From assembly GCA_951406725.2 (NCBI GenBank), contig OX597826.1, forward strand, positions 79,608,001-79,672,000: a stretch of 64,000 nt of DNA, in the 5' to 3' direction. Both the position numbers and the translations under genes were made by a program. The stretch comes from Octopus vulgaris. Its lineage: Eukaryota. Under the pieces are notes generated by a model, which saw nothing but the letters and a program-made list of their open reading frames with translations, was not told the DNA's origin and did not search any database. Shown here one piece after another: positions 13,756 to 26,200 of this stretch (position 1 is the stretch's first letter; each line of letters begins with the position of its first letter).

Positions 13756-14519
13756 TATATATACATACATATATATACACATATACATCTGTGGATGTGT
13801 GTGTATTCTTGTGTCTAAATACATATAAATATATTTGAAGGAGGAGTCACTAGCTTTTCGATAATGATGTTATCGTATCATTTACCCTCAACAGTTAATT
13901 TTTTTAAGCATCTAATTATTTATGGCTTTAAATTATCATGACCGAAGAAATATCGAAAAACGGAAAAGTTAGGTTGAAATAATAATGGTAAAACAACATC
14001 AACATCAACAACAACAACATCAACAACAACAGCATCAACAACAGCTACAGCATCTCCTGGTCAGTGTATTGATTGGAAGATTGTCGGGGAGAATAGAACG
14101 TCTGTGCCATTGATTTATTCCATACTGATTTGTTAGCAGTTGGATAGTTTTCTGATAATATTAAATATACATGATGGAAATTTGCTGATAACTTATCAGC
14201 CAGAACTCATTAATCTTGATAAATACGGCAGATAAAACGTACACGAATGCGCGCACTGATACATGCGTATACATTTAATGCAGCAGATAAACTGTACACA
14301 CAAACACACAGACAGACAGGGGCGCGCTTGCTGACACAACATTCAGAAAATAATCAGACCAAACATTGCAGCAGACACAACGCAGAATATTTTCGAAACC
14401 AGAACAAAGAGAAACAAACAAAACGAAGCAAAACTCTATGGACACAAAACACAAAGAATTGTGCTCGGTTCTGCTGCAAATGTTCGGAACGGAAAAAGAA
14501 TATGTTTGTACAAATGGAA

Positions 14520-15850
14520 TTCTTTCTGCTCTAGCTACAAGACCAGCAATTTTCGAGGAAGGCGCGGTGTGGTGGGGGTAGCTTGTCAATTACATCTACC
14601 CCAGGGCTCGACTGGTACTAAGTTTATCGGCTCCGGAAGGATGAAAGGCAAAGACGAACTCGTTGGAATTTGAATTCTGAACGTGGAGCCGGAAGACACG
14701 CTGCTAAAGATTTTTGTTCGACGCGCTAACAATTCTGTCAGCTCGCCCCCTTATTACTATGGAATAATAATAAAGGTTTCGGATTTTGGCACAAGGCCAG
14801 CAATTTCGGGGGAGGAGACGAGTCGAATACATCTACCCCAGCACTCAACTGGTGCTTATTTTATCGACCCCAAAAAGATGAAAGGCAGAGTGGACCTTGG
14901 CGGAATTTGAACTCAGAACGTAAAGACGGACGAATTACTGCTAAGCATTTTTATCCGGCATGTTAATTATTCTGCCAGCTCACCGCCTTTATAATGATTT
15001 CTAATAATGATTTCAAATTTTTGCCACAAAGGTAGTTTGGGGTGGAGATTAAACCGATTGCCTCGACTCCACTACATAACTAGTACTTATTTAATCGACT
15101 CGGAAAGAATGGAAGACAAAAATCGAACTCGGCGGAATTTGAACTTAGAACGTAACGACGGGCGAAATACCACCGCCCGGTGTTCTAACGATTCTGTCAG
15201 CTCACTGCCTTGATGAATTCTAATAATAATAATGCTTAAAATGTGTGAAAGGACGGAGACTCGCACCAGTATATAACTGGTACTTCATTTTATTGGCTCC
15301 AGAGAGATGGAAAGCAAAATTGGATTTAAAATCTGAACGGGGCAAATACTGTAACGGATTTTGCTCAGCGCTCCATCGATTCTAGCAGCAGCCGTGTACC
15401 ATTAGTAATGGTTTCTTGTTTAGGAACAAGACCTGAAATGTAGTGGAAGGTAAAAGTCGATTTTTTATCGACCCCTGTATTTTACTTTATTTTCTCATCG
15501 TCCCCAAAAGGATGAAAAGCAAAGTTGATCCCTGCAAGATTTGAGCTTAGCTAGTTAAGTGTCACTAAGTGTCACTAAGTGTCACCAAGCATCTTATCCG
15601 ACTCGCCTGTTCGCCATCTTCGTTGCCATTAATAATGGTTTATAATTCAGACATAATGCTAGCCTTTGGCGGTGGCGAACAGTTGAGTGAATCGATCCAG
15701 TACTTAACTGGTAATTTATTTTATCTACTCCAAAGCGATAAAAGGCAAAGTTAACTTCAGTGGGGCCTGAACACAGAACATATAGGACCGAAACGAATCA
15801 TCTCGAGATATTTCGCTCAAAGTTGTAACCTGTCTACCAATATGCCACCC
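14520..15850 (-). mobile_element. Head-to-tail array of about six SINE F2 units (~220-bp period)
   Basis: Recurring caaggccagcaatt...actggtacttattttatcgacccc...gatgaaaggcaaag...ggaatttgaactcagaacg...ctgccagctcgccgcctt starting near 14520, 14775, 15010, 15255, 15410 and 15635. On the minus strand the core gcctttcatcctttcggggtcgataaaataagtacc resembles the MetaSINE central domain. Confidence 0.85.
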
Positions 15851-16696
15851 TTCTTTCTTTAATAACCTCAAAACCTACAATATAATACAAAACATAACGG
15901 TTAAATAGGGGTGTTACAATCAATGGGTTGACAGAAACAATTGAGCATTCAACGTGATATATTAAATACAAGTCCCTTTAGGTACTGAGTTCAAATATTG
16001 ATAGGGGCCGAATTCTGTCTTTATTTTTCTTGGGTGTCGATAAAATAAGCACTCGTTGGTATGGAGCTGATACAAACGATTGTTTTGTCCTTTTGCCAAA
16101 GTTAAAAATCTTGTTTCTGATAAACAACAAAAGGCATTGTATTGTAGGTCAATATTGGGTGATTCGATTTGTTTCTGACATTGTAAGCAACAAAATTTGT
16201 TCATCCTTTCGATGATTTTCGAAATCTTATGTTAGAAATTTTAGAATAAAATCGCATAGATTACGTTCTATCAATTTCAAAGACTTTGTTTTATTCTGCT
16301 GCACGGGCTCAAGGATCAGTGTTGTATACGTAGAGAGAGAGAGAGGACCAAGTGCATACCGTAACGCATTGAGCCAAAAGCAAAGGACGTTTTCTCTTTC
16401 TAAAAATCCTTTCTTTTTTTGTTTTTGTTACTGTCACACTCAGAAATCGTAACCAAATCCTAATTTACATCTGAATACCTGTTCATCTGTATTTTTATTT
16501 TCTTCAAAAACAGCTTCGGTGTGTGTGAAAACATGCACCAAACTATTGACTGTGTGGCCACAGCTACAAATGCATCCAATATTACAGGTGAATATAAGTC
16601 TGCTGTTAAAATAACAGTTATGCATATATATGCTTCCATCCTTCCACACACACACGCAATCGCGCGCAAATATATGTATGTATATATACTTATATA

Positions 16697-16734
<38 letters not shown>

Positions 16735-16754
16735 TATATATGCATATATATGCA

Positions 16755-16810
<56 letters not shown>

Positions 16811-16842
16811 AAATATATACGTTTTTTTTTGCAATTTACTTA

Positions 16843-17050
16843 ATCTTCGGTATATTATTGTTATTTTATATTTAATATTTCTATTATATGTAATTTTCTG
16901 GATGGTGTAATTTATTGTTCATCTTGAATTGATAAAAGGGGTATTTTTCTAATTTATATATATAAATATATATTGTGAAATTTGATTTAGTATTTCTAAA
17001 TTGAATGTTTCCCTGTAAGTTAGGAATAATATTCCCTCAAATAATTATTA
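16843..17050 (+). repeat. AT-rich interspersed repeat, copy 1 (copy 2 at 33385-33590)
   Basis: tcggtatattatt...gatggtgtaattta...gttcatcttgaattgat...ccctgtaagttaggaataatattccctcaaataat. Confidence 0.9.
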
Positions 17051-17767
17051 TTTGATCATAGATCTGTTGGCTAAATTATATACACACATATATATATAAC
17101 TCTCGTTAATATGTCGCTGCAGCTGAGTGTATGACTGATGAATAAATAATCCCCAACAGCTATCGTTATTAATAGGATTAACGATGGAAAAGAAAACAAA
17201 AGAGAAGTTCGATAAACTTTAGTGTAAATGTAGTGTCAAGTGATGTAGTTTTAACGACGTCAGTTTGGAACAGTGACGTGAACTTGTTATTTGGAGCAAA
17301 TAGAATCACTAGGCTGTTGGTATATACTTCAATACTGAAAGCCACAGTCAGAGCATTGTTCAGCATTTTCGATTGTTATCGTTCAAGAGATCCTATGATC
17401 TAATAAGACCAATGTATCCAGACTGCATTATCCCCTATTTCTTTCCTTAAATAACACTGTAGGATGGGATTTGATGGGAATCTGATTGTCGTTTTTTTAT
17501 CGTTGGTAGAACGATCAGATCAGTTGGAATAACTCGAAGAAGTGTTCCGGTTAGGTTTTTCCCTGTTATATAACATAATCTACAGAGATGGCAGATTACG
17601 GTTTCTCGAAGATGACTAACTAATCACAAGGTATCCTTACAGTCGTTTGGCCTCTTAAAATAAGAGGCTAAGTATCCCTAAACTCACCCTTAATTATCTT
17701 AAGAGAAAGGACGTATTGGGGCCCTGAGGTCCTAAATATATTGTGATTATAAAATGGGATCATCAAA

Positions 17768-18100
17768 ACTGGAACGATAAACACAACCGGAACATCGATC
17801 ATCGGGATTGGGTGTTCCATTATTCAGGAAATGGAACTTCGGTCATCGTGAGTGCAACGCTGATCTTCATAATTTGAAGGTGAATCACCTTTACTGGAAT
17901 GTCGACCACCGCGACCAGAGTGATCAGGATCAGAATTTGAACGTTTGTCATCATGATTGTGAAGTTGACTACTTTGACCCTTGCATCGGTCATCAAAATT
18001 GGATCGCTGACCGTGTTGACTGGAACGTCGATCATAGCTAAGACATCGATGACTTTTCTGGAAGATCAATCGTTGTGAGTGGAACGTCGACTGAAATTGA
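17768..18100 (+). repeat. Degenerate 21-bp minisatellite (consensus ~tggaacgtcgatcatcgtgac)
   Basis: The ORF at 17808-18041 shows a 7-aa period: WNFGHRE CNADLHN LKVNHLY WNVDHRD QSDQDQN LNVCHHD CEVDYFD PCIGHQN WIADRVD WNVDHS. Confidence 0.75.
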
Positions 18101-18737
18101 TCCGGCAATAAGAGGCAGATCAAGGCCAAAACGCGAGGAGGCAATGAAGTGGTTTGTCCTGGTGAAAACAGCAGTCAGATCGTCCTCAAATCCCATTCTG
18201 CTGCGAAAAACAGAACAGGTACACTAAATGAAATAGTCCTAGATGCATTATGTTTTTTTTAAAAAAAGAAAAAAAGCTAGAGCTTCAAACGTTTTTGATC
18301 ATAGATCTGTTGGATCAAAAACTACCGATGACCAAACGACGATAGGAAACATAAAGCGATAAGTGTTAACGAGACACGTCAAAAACACCAGAGTATCACA
18401 ACTAGCTGCTTAAGGGTGATCTGGAACTACGACACAAGAGCGAGAGCATAAAGAGCAGCTACAAAATAATTCGTGCATTTTCTTTAGTGTAGGAAGAGAA
18501 AAAATTAAGATGGATTCAGCTCAAATCGTTTGAATCCAGGTCTTTTAAAGTTATACTAACTTATTCAGATCTACAAACTTCGTTTACAAACCCTTTATGG
18601 AGTTCTCTATAAGAGTGATTATACAACGTATTCACGACACAAAGAATTGGGCGGATAAACAGCTAACTCCTCTGTTGCTCAGAGAAGAATTCTTCACTAA
18701 TCATGCGCAAAAAATATTCTAAATAAAGATTAATTGT

Positions 18738-18798
<61 letters not shown>

Positions 18799-18901
18799 AC
18801 ATATATCTATATCTATCTATCTATCAATAGAGAGAGAGAGGGGAAAAGAGACGGATATACATCTACAGTACATACATATATATACATATACATACATGTC
18901 C

Positions 18902-18954
<53 letters not shown>

Positions 18955-19471
18955 TAAATATATATATTAGCAAAATTCTTTCGCTGAAAGGAATGATTTC
19001 CTTTTTTTCTTTTTAAAAAAAAAAACGTAATTTAGTTGACCCTGTTTTCAAATATGTTTTTATTCAAAACTAAGTGAAATTTTCCAAAAAAGAAAAGGTA
19101 AAAATTCACCATTAAAATTTAGTTTAAGGAATTGAAGAATTGAAATTGTTAAACAGTATATTTAATAACAAACAGTAATTATAGAGCATATAGGCACTGT
19201 GTTTTACATAGAGTGGAACCATGTAAAATATATAGATACACACATTGGTGTAGATGCAGATATATATTTGGATATAAAATTATGTAGATAATGTATAAGA
19301 AGAAAGAGGGAGAGGAAGAGAGAAATGGCGAGATAAAGGTATATGCATATGTATATTATATGTGTGAGTATGTGTACGCGTGAATATGTTTGAGCGTATA
19401 TCTATCCATATATATATATATATATATATATACATATGTATGTAATGTATATATATATATATATATATAAT

Positions 19472-19507
<36 letters not shown>

Positions 19508-19594
19508 TATATGCACATATACATACATGCTCACATACACACGCACACATATATGAGTATATGCTTGTGTGTATGTTTCTATGTTCATACAACA

Positions 19595-19644
<50 letters not shown>

Positions 19645-20078
19645 GTATGTACATGTAAATAATATATGTCTATATATGTGTGTGTGCATATGTATACATA
19701 CTTGTATGAGCGAGTGTGCATGCGATCGTGTGTAAGTAAGTATTATACGAATGTGGCTTCACATTAATGATTATTTGTGTAAATAAGTAATTCACTTAAC
19801 TGATACCCGGTGGCTAAACGGAAAACAAGGAACATATCATCCATTATCTAAATGGACTCAATGTCTCACATTCCATGCACACTAGCATACATAGACACAT
19901 AATCATGCACGTACAGGTACACTACAGATACACACACATGCGGGAAGGTTTAGACATGCGAACAACACATATCTACATTTTCCTGCATTTATCTCCCACA
20001 ATTCCCTTGTTGCTCTATCTCCCCCACCTATTTATCTATAGGCACACACGTTCTTACAAATGAGTATATATTTTATTG

Positions 20079-20110
<32 letters not shown>

Positions 20111-20215
20111 ATGCACATTCTGTTCTATTTCTCCTATTTGTTCTACCAAACCTATATATATATATATATATATACCTACATAGATACACAGACACATACA
20201 TACATACATGCATAC

Positions 20216-20253
<38 letters not shown>

Positions 20254-20788
20254 CATAGATACACAGACACATATATTATATATATATATACATATATATA
20301 TTTAGATGCATACAGGGCAAAATAGCTGTTTACGTACACTTAGTTTAGACAGTAAATAACTGTATTTTTCAGGAATTGCCTCAAAGAAAAACAATGGTTA
20401 TTAATATGGAGCATATCTTTACGACTGTCTTGTGTAATTTGAGAAGAAAATACATAACTAGAAATAAAAATCTTTGCGTTCCAAGAAACAATCCACCGCA
20501 TCGTCCTCAAACAAGATAATGAAACACATCTCGGTGATGGTAGGGTCTCTTATCCAATATGCCAACGAGTGAGTGTATACGTAGTTGCCCAACATGCTAC
20601 TAATAGCGATTACACATCCGTAAAAATCATACACTACTGTCTGAAAGATGGAAGGATGTGTCGGTTAAGTGTTGTTCTATATACAGAATGTCTGAAAAAA
20701 CTGTGATGAGGTCGCAACTGGAACGTATGCCAACATCGGTTTGCTGACTTAAGAGCTAGCTAAGGAGAATAACAGCATCAACGACGGT

Positions 20789-21092
20789 GGAGGCGCAATG
20801 GCCCAGTGGTTAGGGCAGCGGATTCGCGGTCGGAGGATCGCGGTTTCGATTCCTAGACCGGGCGTTGTGTGTTTATTGAGCAAAAGCACCTAAAGCTCCA
20901 CGAGGCTCCGGTGACCCCTTTTGTACTCTTTCGCCCCAACTTTCTCTCACTCTCTCTTCTTGTTTCTTGTCCCCGACTTCCTACGCAAACACTGAGCCTG
21001 GATGCACATTCATCCATCCGTCGATGCTCTCGGTGTCGGGGTTGGCCTGCTTTCTCTTCTGCGGGTCTTACGAATAGCAAAGGACCGTTCGC
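20789..21092 (+). mobile_element. tRNA-derived SINE, head A plus tail Y, ending in (CAA)n
   Basis: ggaggcgcaatggcccagtggttagggcagcggattcgcggtcggaggatcgcggtttcgattcc. Same head as the 9134-9522 copy but a different 3' half. Confidence 0.9.
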
Positions 21093-21189
21093 TCAACAAC
21101 AACAACAGCAGCAACGACAATGATCCACAAAATATAATCTCGCTTGTATTGGTAACATTTTTTGCATTATTCCTTCTTTTCCTCTTGCT

Positions 21190-21575
21190 ATATATCTTTC
21201 CACACCCCACACCACACACCCACACATGCAGACACGCTCAAATCAGATCACCAGCCCCCATCCACACGCGCATACACACTCTGACATACACACGCACCGC
21301 ACCTGCACCGTCGTTTTGGGATCACCACTACTTTATTACCTCCCCTTCTTCCTAGCTCTCTTGTCTGACCCCTCTGTCCGGCAGTCGGCATGATAGATCG
21401 TTAGCCACTTTATCATTTTTATTTTCTCTCTCTGTTTATTTCTGTGTTCCTTTCTGTTGAAGAGCGTAGGCTCGAAACGTAAAAGACTTTCTTACCTCCT
21501 GAGCGTTAAACTAACACATGTTTGTTGTTTACACACCCGTCTTCTTCTTTTGCTTTATCGTAAATTCTCATTATA
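21190..21575 (+). mobile_element. Probable PLE pseudo-LTR / 3' fragment carrying a hammerhead variant
   Basis: CA-rich then pyrimidine-rich segment containing the motif at 21450-21485, ending at TATA. Confidence 0.55.
21450..21485 (+). ncRNA. Minimal type-I hammerhead ribozyme variant (A6 to U)
   Basis: cttt CTGTTGA A gagc gtag gctc GAAA CG T A aaag: stem I cttt/aaag, stem II gagc/gctc, palindromic ACGT stem III. Confidence 0.6.
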
Positions 21576-21879
21576 TATAGTTATTTCACTGTCAGCAGAA
21601 GGATGACAGGCAAAGCTAAGCTGTGCATAGACTCTTGTGCAGATAGCATCTGTGAATGGTTGAAATGATGTTTAGATTAAATGGTAAAAATTAACATTCT
21701 GAGCCTGCTTGCATTAAATAATAACATATTCTCTTTATAACGGCAAACTAATTGTCAAATATTTGCCTAAAAGGGGAGTATTTTTATTTTCCTCAAGCTA
21801 TCCGTCACTCAGGTTTTTAAGGTTAAAGTTAAAAAGTGTTTTCTAGCAGTCTTCCAATCAGTCTCTTATATTCCACTTT

Positions 21880-22140
21880 ATACGTTGTTCTTGTAAATTA
21901 TTTAGCACTCGTATAGAATATGCATGGAATCTTTCAGATGCTCTTAGAAATAGCGCTGTAAGTGGATGCATTTCTACTGCATTAGCCGAAACTATTGCAG
22001 GTGTATTTATTGTCAGACTATCAAGTTGTAATGGAGACAACCCGTCTGAGCTGCATCGTTATATACCCAGATCATTTACAAACTAAGTCACGGCAGCACT
22101 CACAACTCTCTTTGCAAATAAGACTACCAAATTATACAAA
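21880..22140 (+). mobile_element. Possible very old LINE ORF2 C-terminal remnant
   Basis: Fragments STRIEYAWNL and CNGDNPSELHRYIP resemble CR1/Jockey-type C-terminal motifs. Confidence 0.3.
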
Positions 22141-22157
22141 ACATCTTTCTCTGTAAC

Positions 22158-22350
22158 ACAGTTCTATATTTAAGAGATGAGGAATTATGTACATTATTTA
22201 CATTATTTACATTTGACGGATATTTGACGGATATTTGACCTCATCTTGTTTGTTGTTAACACAACGTTTCGGCTGATACACCCTCCAGCCTACATCAGGT
22301 GTCTTGAGGAAATTTCGAACCTGGGTTCTCATTCCAAAGGTGTTTTTCGA

Positions 22351-22409
<59 letters not shown>

Positions 22410-22440
22410 TCACTGCCTGGAATCGAACTCATAATCCTGG
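22158..22440 (-). mobile_element. Hammerhead family A element: B-box fragment, (AAT)n, hammerhead module
   Basis: Minus strand reads gagttcgattccaggcagtgacctg(aat)n...ggaatgagaacccaggttcgaaat...hammerhead...cctcatctcttaaatatagaactgt. Homologous to 22780-22937, 30126-30197 and 46460-46645. Confidence 0.85.
22258..22303 (-). ncRNA. Minimal hammerhead, family A (A9 to U)
   Basis: gacac CTGATGT A ggctgg..tcagcc GAAA CG T T gtgtt. Confidence 0.65.
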
Positions 22441-22459
22441 AGCTAGTATAATAACCTGA

Positions 22460-22506
<47 letters not shown>

Positions 22507-22507
<1 letters not shown>

Positions 22508-22735
22508 TCCTGCTCATATCCTACGCAAAATACTCTCTATGTAATCCCAAGGTTTAAAACAAACCTTTTTTTTTATTTATTTATTAGACATTCACTAGTA
22601 CAACACCAAAACAAAACCCAAATATAGGGCACACTAGGCATAACAACAACGTGAACTTCCAACCTGTTGTCTCTTGAGGTCTCTGGGTGAGACTTGGAGC
22701 CAACTTGTACAAAAATAAAGCAAAAGTCAAACATA

Positions 22736-22737
<2 letters not shown>
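22507..22737 (+). mobile_element. 5'-truncated R4/Dong-type 3' end inserted in (AAT)n
   Basis: cctgctcatatcctacgcaaaatactctctatgtaa = PAHILRKILSM* (cf. TAHILRRTLSIQ* at 46770), followed by a 3' UTR. (AAT)n on both sides. Confidence 0.8.
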
Positions 22738-22779
<42 letters not shown>

Positions 22780-22782
<3 letters not shown>

Positions 22783-22937
22783 TAGAAAAACACCTTAGGA
22801 ATGAGAACCCAGGTTCGAAATCTCCCCAAGACACCTGATGTAGGCTGGAGTGTATATCAGCCGAAACTTTGTGTTAACAACAAACAAGATGAGGACAAAT
22901 ATCCTTCAAATGTAAATAATGTAAATAATGTACATAA
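22780..22937 (+). mobile_element. Hammerhead family A module, inverted partner of 22158-22351
   Basis: Reverse complement of 22185-22350 with few differences. Confidence 0.88.
22830..22875 (+). ncRNA. Minimal hammerhead, family A (A9 to U; stem III palindrome broken)
   Basis: gacac CTGATGT A ggctgg..tcagcc GAAA CTTT gtgtt. Confidence 0.55.
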
Positions 22938-23191
22938 CGTATCTTTCCCTGTATACTACACTATAAATACTGAAGCGAAAGAACTAGTCACTTATCTGAA
23001 AGGCGAACACCATGTAGATTGCTGCCTTCTCTTTTACTTTATTAAACACAATGCGGACTTCCATCTCCAACTCGATTTGTAGGCTGACTACTCTCACTTG
23101 AAAAAGCAAATTGAACATAGCCAGCGCATACACGACACCATCAACCGCAAAATTAGAAGAATAACGAAATTCGATCAATAGAATTAGTCAA

Positions 23192-23288
23192 GGGAATAAT
23201 TGTCCTGGGGGGTAGTTGTCGTCGGGGGGGGGGGATTGTCCTATGGGGTGGGGGTAATTGTCCTAGGGGGTAATTGCTCTGATACGGA
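23192..23288. repeat. G-rich subterminal tandem repeat (aattgtcctgggggg), probable DNA-transposon end
   Basis: Four to five copies of (a)attgtcct(a)gggg ending in ctctgatacgg. Confidence 0.6.
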
Positions 23289-26200
23289 AATTATAGCACA
23301 GAGTTACCCGTTTCTGATTGCTCAAACGATTGAATTAAGGGACCAAGAAAAATAACGCCCGAATCATCATACCGCAAAAGTCAGCCGCACATCGAGATTT
23401 GATTTGTTGCCGAAGTAGGTCTTTAGAAAAGGCATCACACGATCATCTGATCTTTGGGATGTAGAGAACACATACTACTTCAATCTGTTTTTGTACAAGA
23501 GTAGGTAATGAACCTGTGTATTAGGAAGACATGAAGACATTCGTAAGCAAGAGATATGGCTGTTGTTGATGATGCTTAAGTGTTAATGAAGGATGGATTT
23601 AATGGCAAAGAACCATCTGCCAAATCGTAAACATTTTGTCAGAAATATCATATTTTAGCCAGTTAAATTGCGCTACATTTGCACTAAGTTCATCGATGTC
23701 TCCATAACGAATGACATGAGAAATCTTACCAATACAGAAAGCTACATTATTTTCATCGCTGCAATTGGAGCAACCGTACTGTATGTCCTCTCATTGGCAC
23801 GTTTCTTTCTAACCATTAACCATTAATTTATCGAGTTAAGGTCTCGCTTCTGGACAAAAATGGGAAACTATACAGTACTTACAAAAAAGCTAAAGAAACA
23901 TCCTTGCAACGTCTGTCTACATTCATAATCTCAGAAATACTAATTATTGATTCAATATTCCAATATACATAAAATTCAATGGACGTTTATATCAAAGATA
24001 ATGAGATCGATTGGTCTATTACATAATGTACGTACCTCTGTAATAAATGCTCCAGAAGGTGCGATATATGTTCTTCGGAGATGTATAGCCACCTATTAGA
24101 TTATTTATTTTTTGTGGTAATTTTGAGATCTGAATCGGTAAATTCTTACAGCAATTCTATTGCTATTTATTGAAATATTTCCGACTATCAACAGGTTGTA
24201 ATATTTCATGCCCAAAGCAATGGATTTAACGTAGCGTGAAGATGACCACATAAAACAAAAAAAATAAATAACAACCAACACAGACCCTTCGTCAATAAGA
24301 GCCGATTTCTATTTATATGATATTGAAAACAGGAAAATATCTGTTTTGGTAAATGACAGGATAAAATATCAGCCTCTCTCTGTATCAAAGGAAACAAATG
24401 AATGAGACGCTTGTTCTGATGCTTTGTTTCCGCCAACTAAATACCATTGTATTATAGACGAACCGATTTCGTTGTTTGTAAATATTATTTTGTTCTGTTG
24501 CCTCAGTTCAATCGTTCAAGCAAATCGGAGTGTGTAATTGAGACTTGCAATTCAAAGCACTCGTAGCTCTGTCTCTCTCTCTGCCTCATCCTGTTCTCGA
24601 CCTACCTTCCACATGTTCACACGCAAAAGCACATACACACATACGGCAACCATCGATTCGATTTTCTGCCTTTCTATTTTCTCACTGCGCAGCGATTTGT
24701 CTGTGTTTGGTACGTCGCTGTTTGTGTCCAGGGCCCACATTTTAAAAGAAAAATGTAGCACGGATTTAGTTGAGGATTTTATGAAGTACGGATTTGTCCT
24801 TTGCATTTTTTAAAACTCAAGATTCAATGAGCAGCCATTTGAACATTATAAGCAGCAGTGATTGGGTGAGGCTCATTGAACTGTATGTCTATAAACAACT
24901 TGTACAGGTCTCTTGATATGCCATCATTCATAGTTGACCCGATCGGATTCGAAATTATAGTACCACTATAGAAAGTGCCAATGAAATCATGTTTGGGACC
25001 TCTACAGTATGGAACTCCAACAACTTGCAATTTTCGGGCATTATGTTTCTCAGTTTGAAGGACGATTTAATTTTTCTAAAACTGCAAACTGATTTTCATG
25101 GTCATAGAGCTCCATTCCCATTTTATTAATTGCAAGTTCCTCCTGATTGTCAAAATTAATATTCAAAGAATTACAGTTTCTCAAAAAAGGGGCTTCATGG
25201 AACTGATTTGTGGTATGTGCTGAAAACGGGTACTGGGAAGTAATTCACCATAACATACATAGCAGTTACGGAAAAAATTGATTAAGACTGACGACATGAC
25301 GAACTGAGGGAATGTGATGCTTGATGAGGGGAGAGTCCGTACTGTTCAAGGAACTATCCTTAATGACATGGATTCTGGGATCAACTTGAGGATTAATGTA
25401 GCTCATACGCATACATACATATATACATACATACATACATACATACATACATACATACATACATACATACATACGTTTGTACGTATGTATGATTGGATAT
25501 ATGAACGCATAAATTACATCTCTATGTGGTAACTAGACCTGTTAGAAATAGTAGCTACATCTCCCGTAAATTTTCTTACTGCCTTATGAACGTTTGAGTT
25601 AACCACGGATACCTGCCGGACCACCCTCAAATCACACCTTCCTCTCCAATATATTTATATATGTTAGAAGCATCGACAAAATCTCCACCTCTTATTTTGA
25701 CCTGAGAGATACAGCAACCAAAATGTCTTCATATCATATTGTACTGGTTTCTTTATGTATGTATGTTTGTAAGAGCGAACAAGAGAGGGAGAGAGAGAGA
25801 GAGAGGGAGGGAGACAGAGAGACAGATAGACAGAGGGAGGGAGGACATTTAAATTATATCTACAACTGACAGAAATACTATCCACTTCTCATTTAAAAGC
25901 AGCATTACTGTCCCAGCCAACGAGGCAACTTCCACACGATATACCCCCACCATATTGCAGAAATAACAGCCAAATTACTCTTCAGCCTTCTCCTACTGTC
26001 TTATGTATGCGTATATCTATATCTATGCAGGAATTCCTAAATGAAAGGAAGAATACCAAATATATATTTTAGATTTATTTGTACGAAAACAAATATACTC
26101 AAATTTCTTTGTCGTCACGTGCAAGCGTTCAGGGGACGAGAATATGAACGGGAGGGCTTAATGTGGTTTGATGGAGAACACTAGATTGATCGATATTCAC

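Noticed and set aside
15556-15585. Three copies of taagtgtcac
   Set aside because: Local slippage inside a decayed SINE unit.
14520-15850. CRISPR-like array
   Set aside because: The units are ~220-bp SINE copies without unique spacers, in a eukaryotic context.
20789-20860. tRNA genes (also at 9450-9520, 27985-28060, 50318-50385)
   Set aside because: A and B boxes are present but there is no acceptor-stem closure, and each continues into a SINE body.
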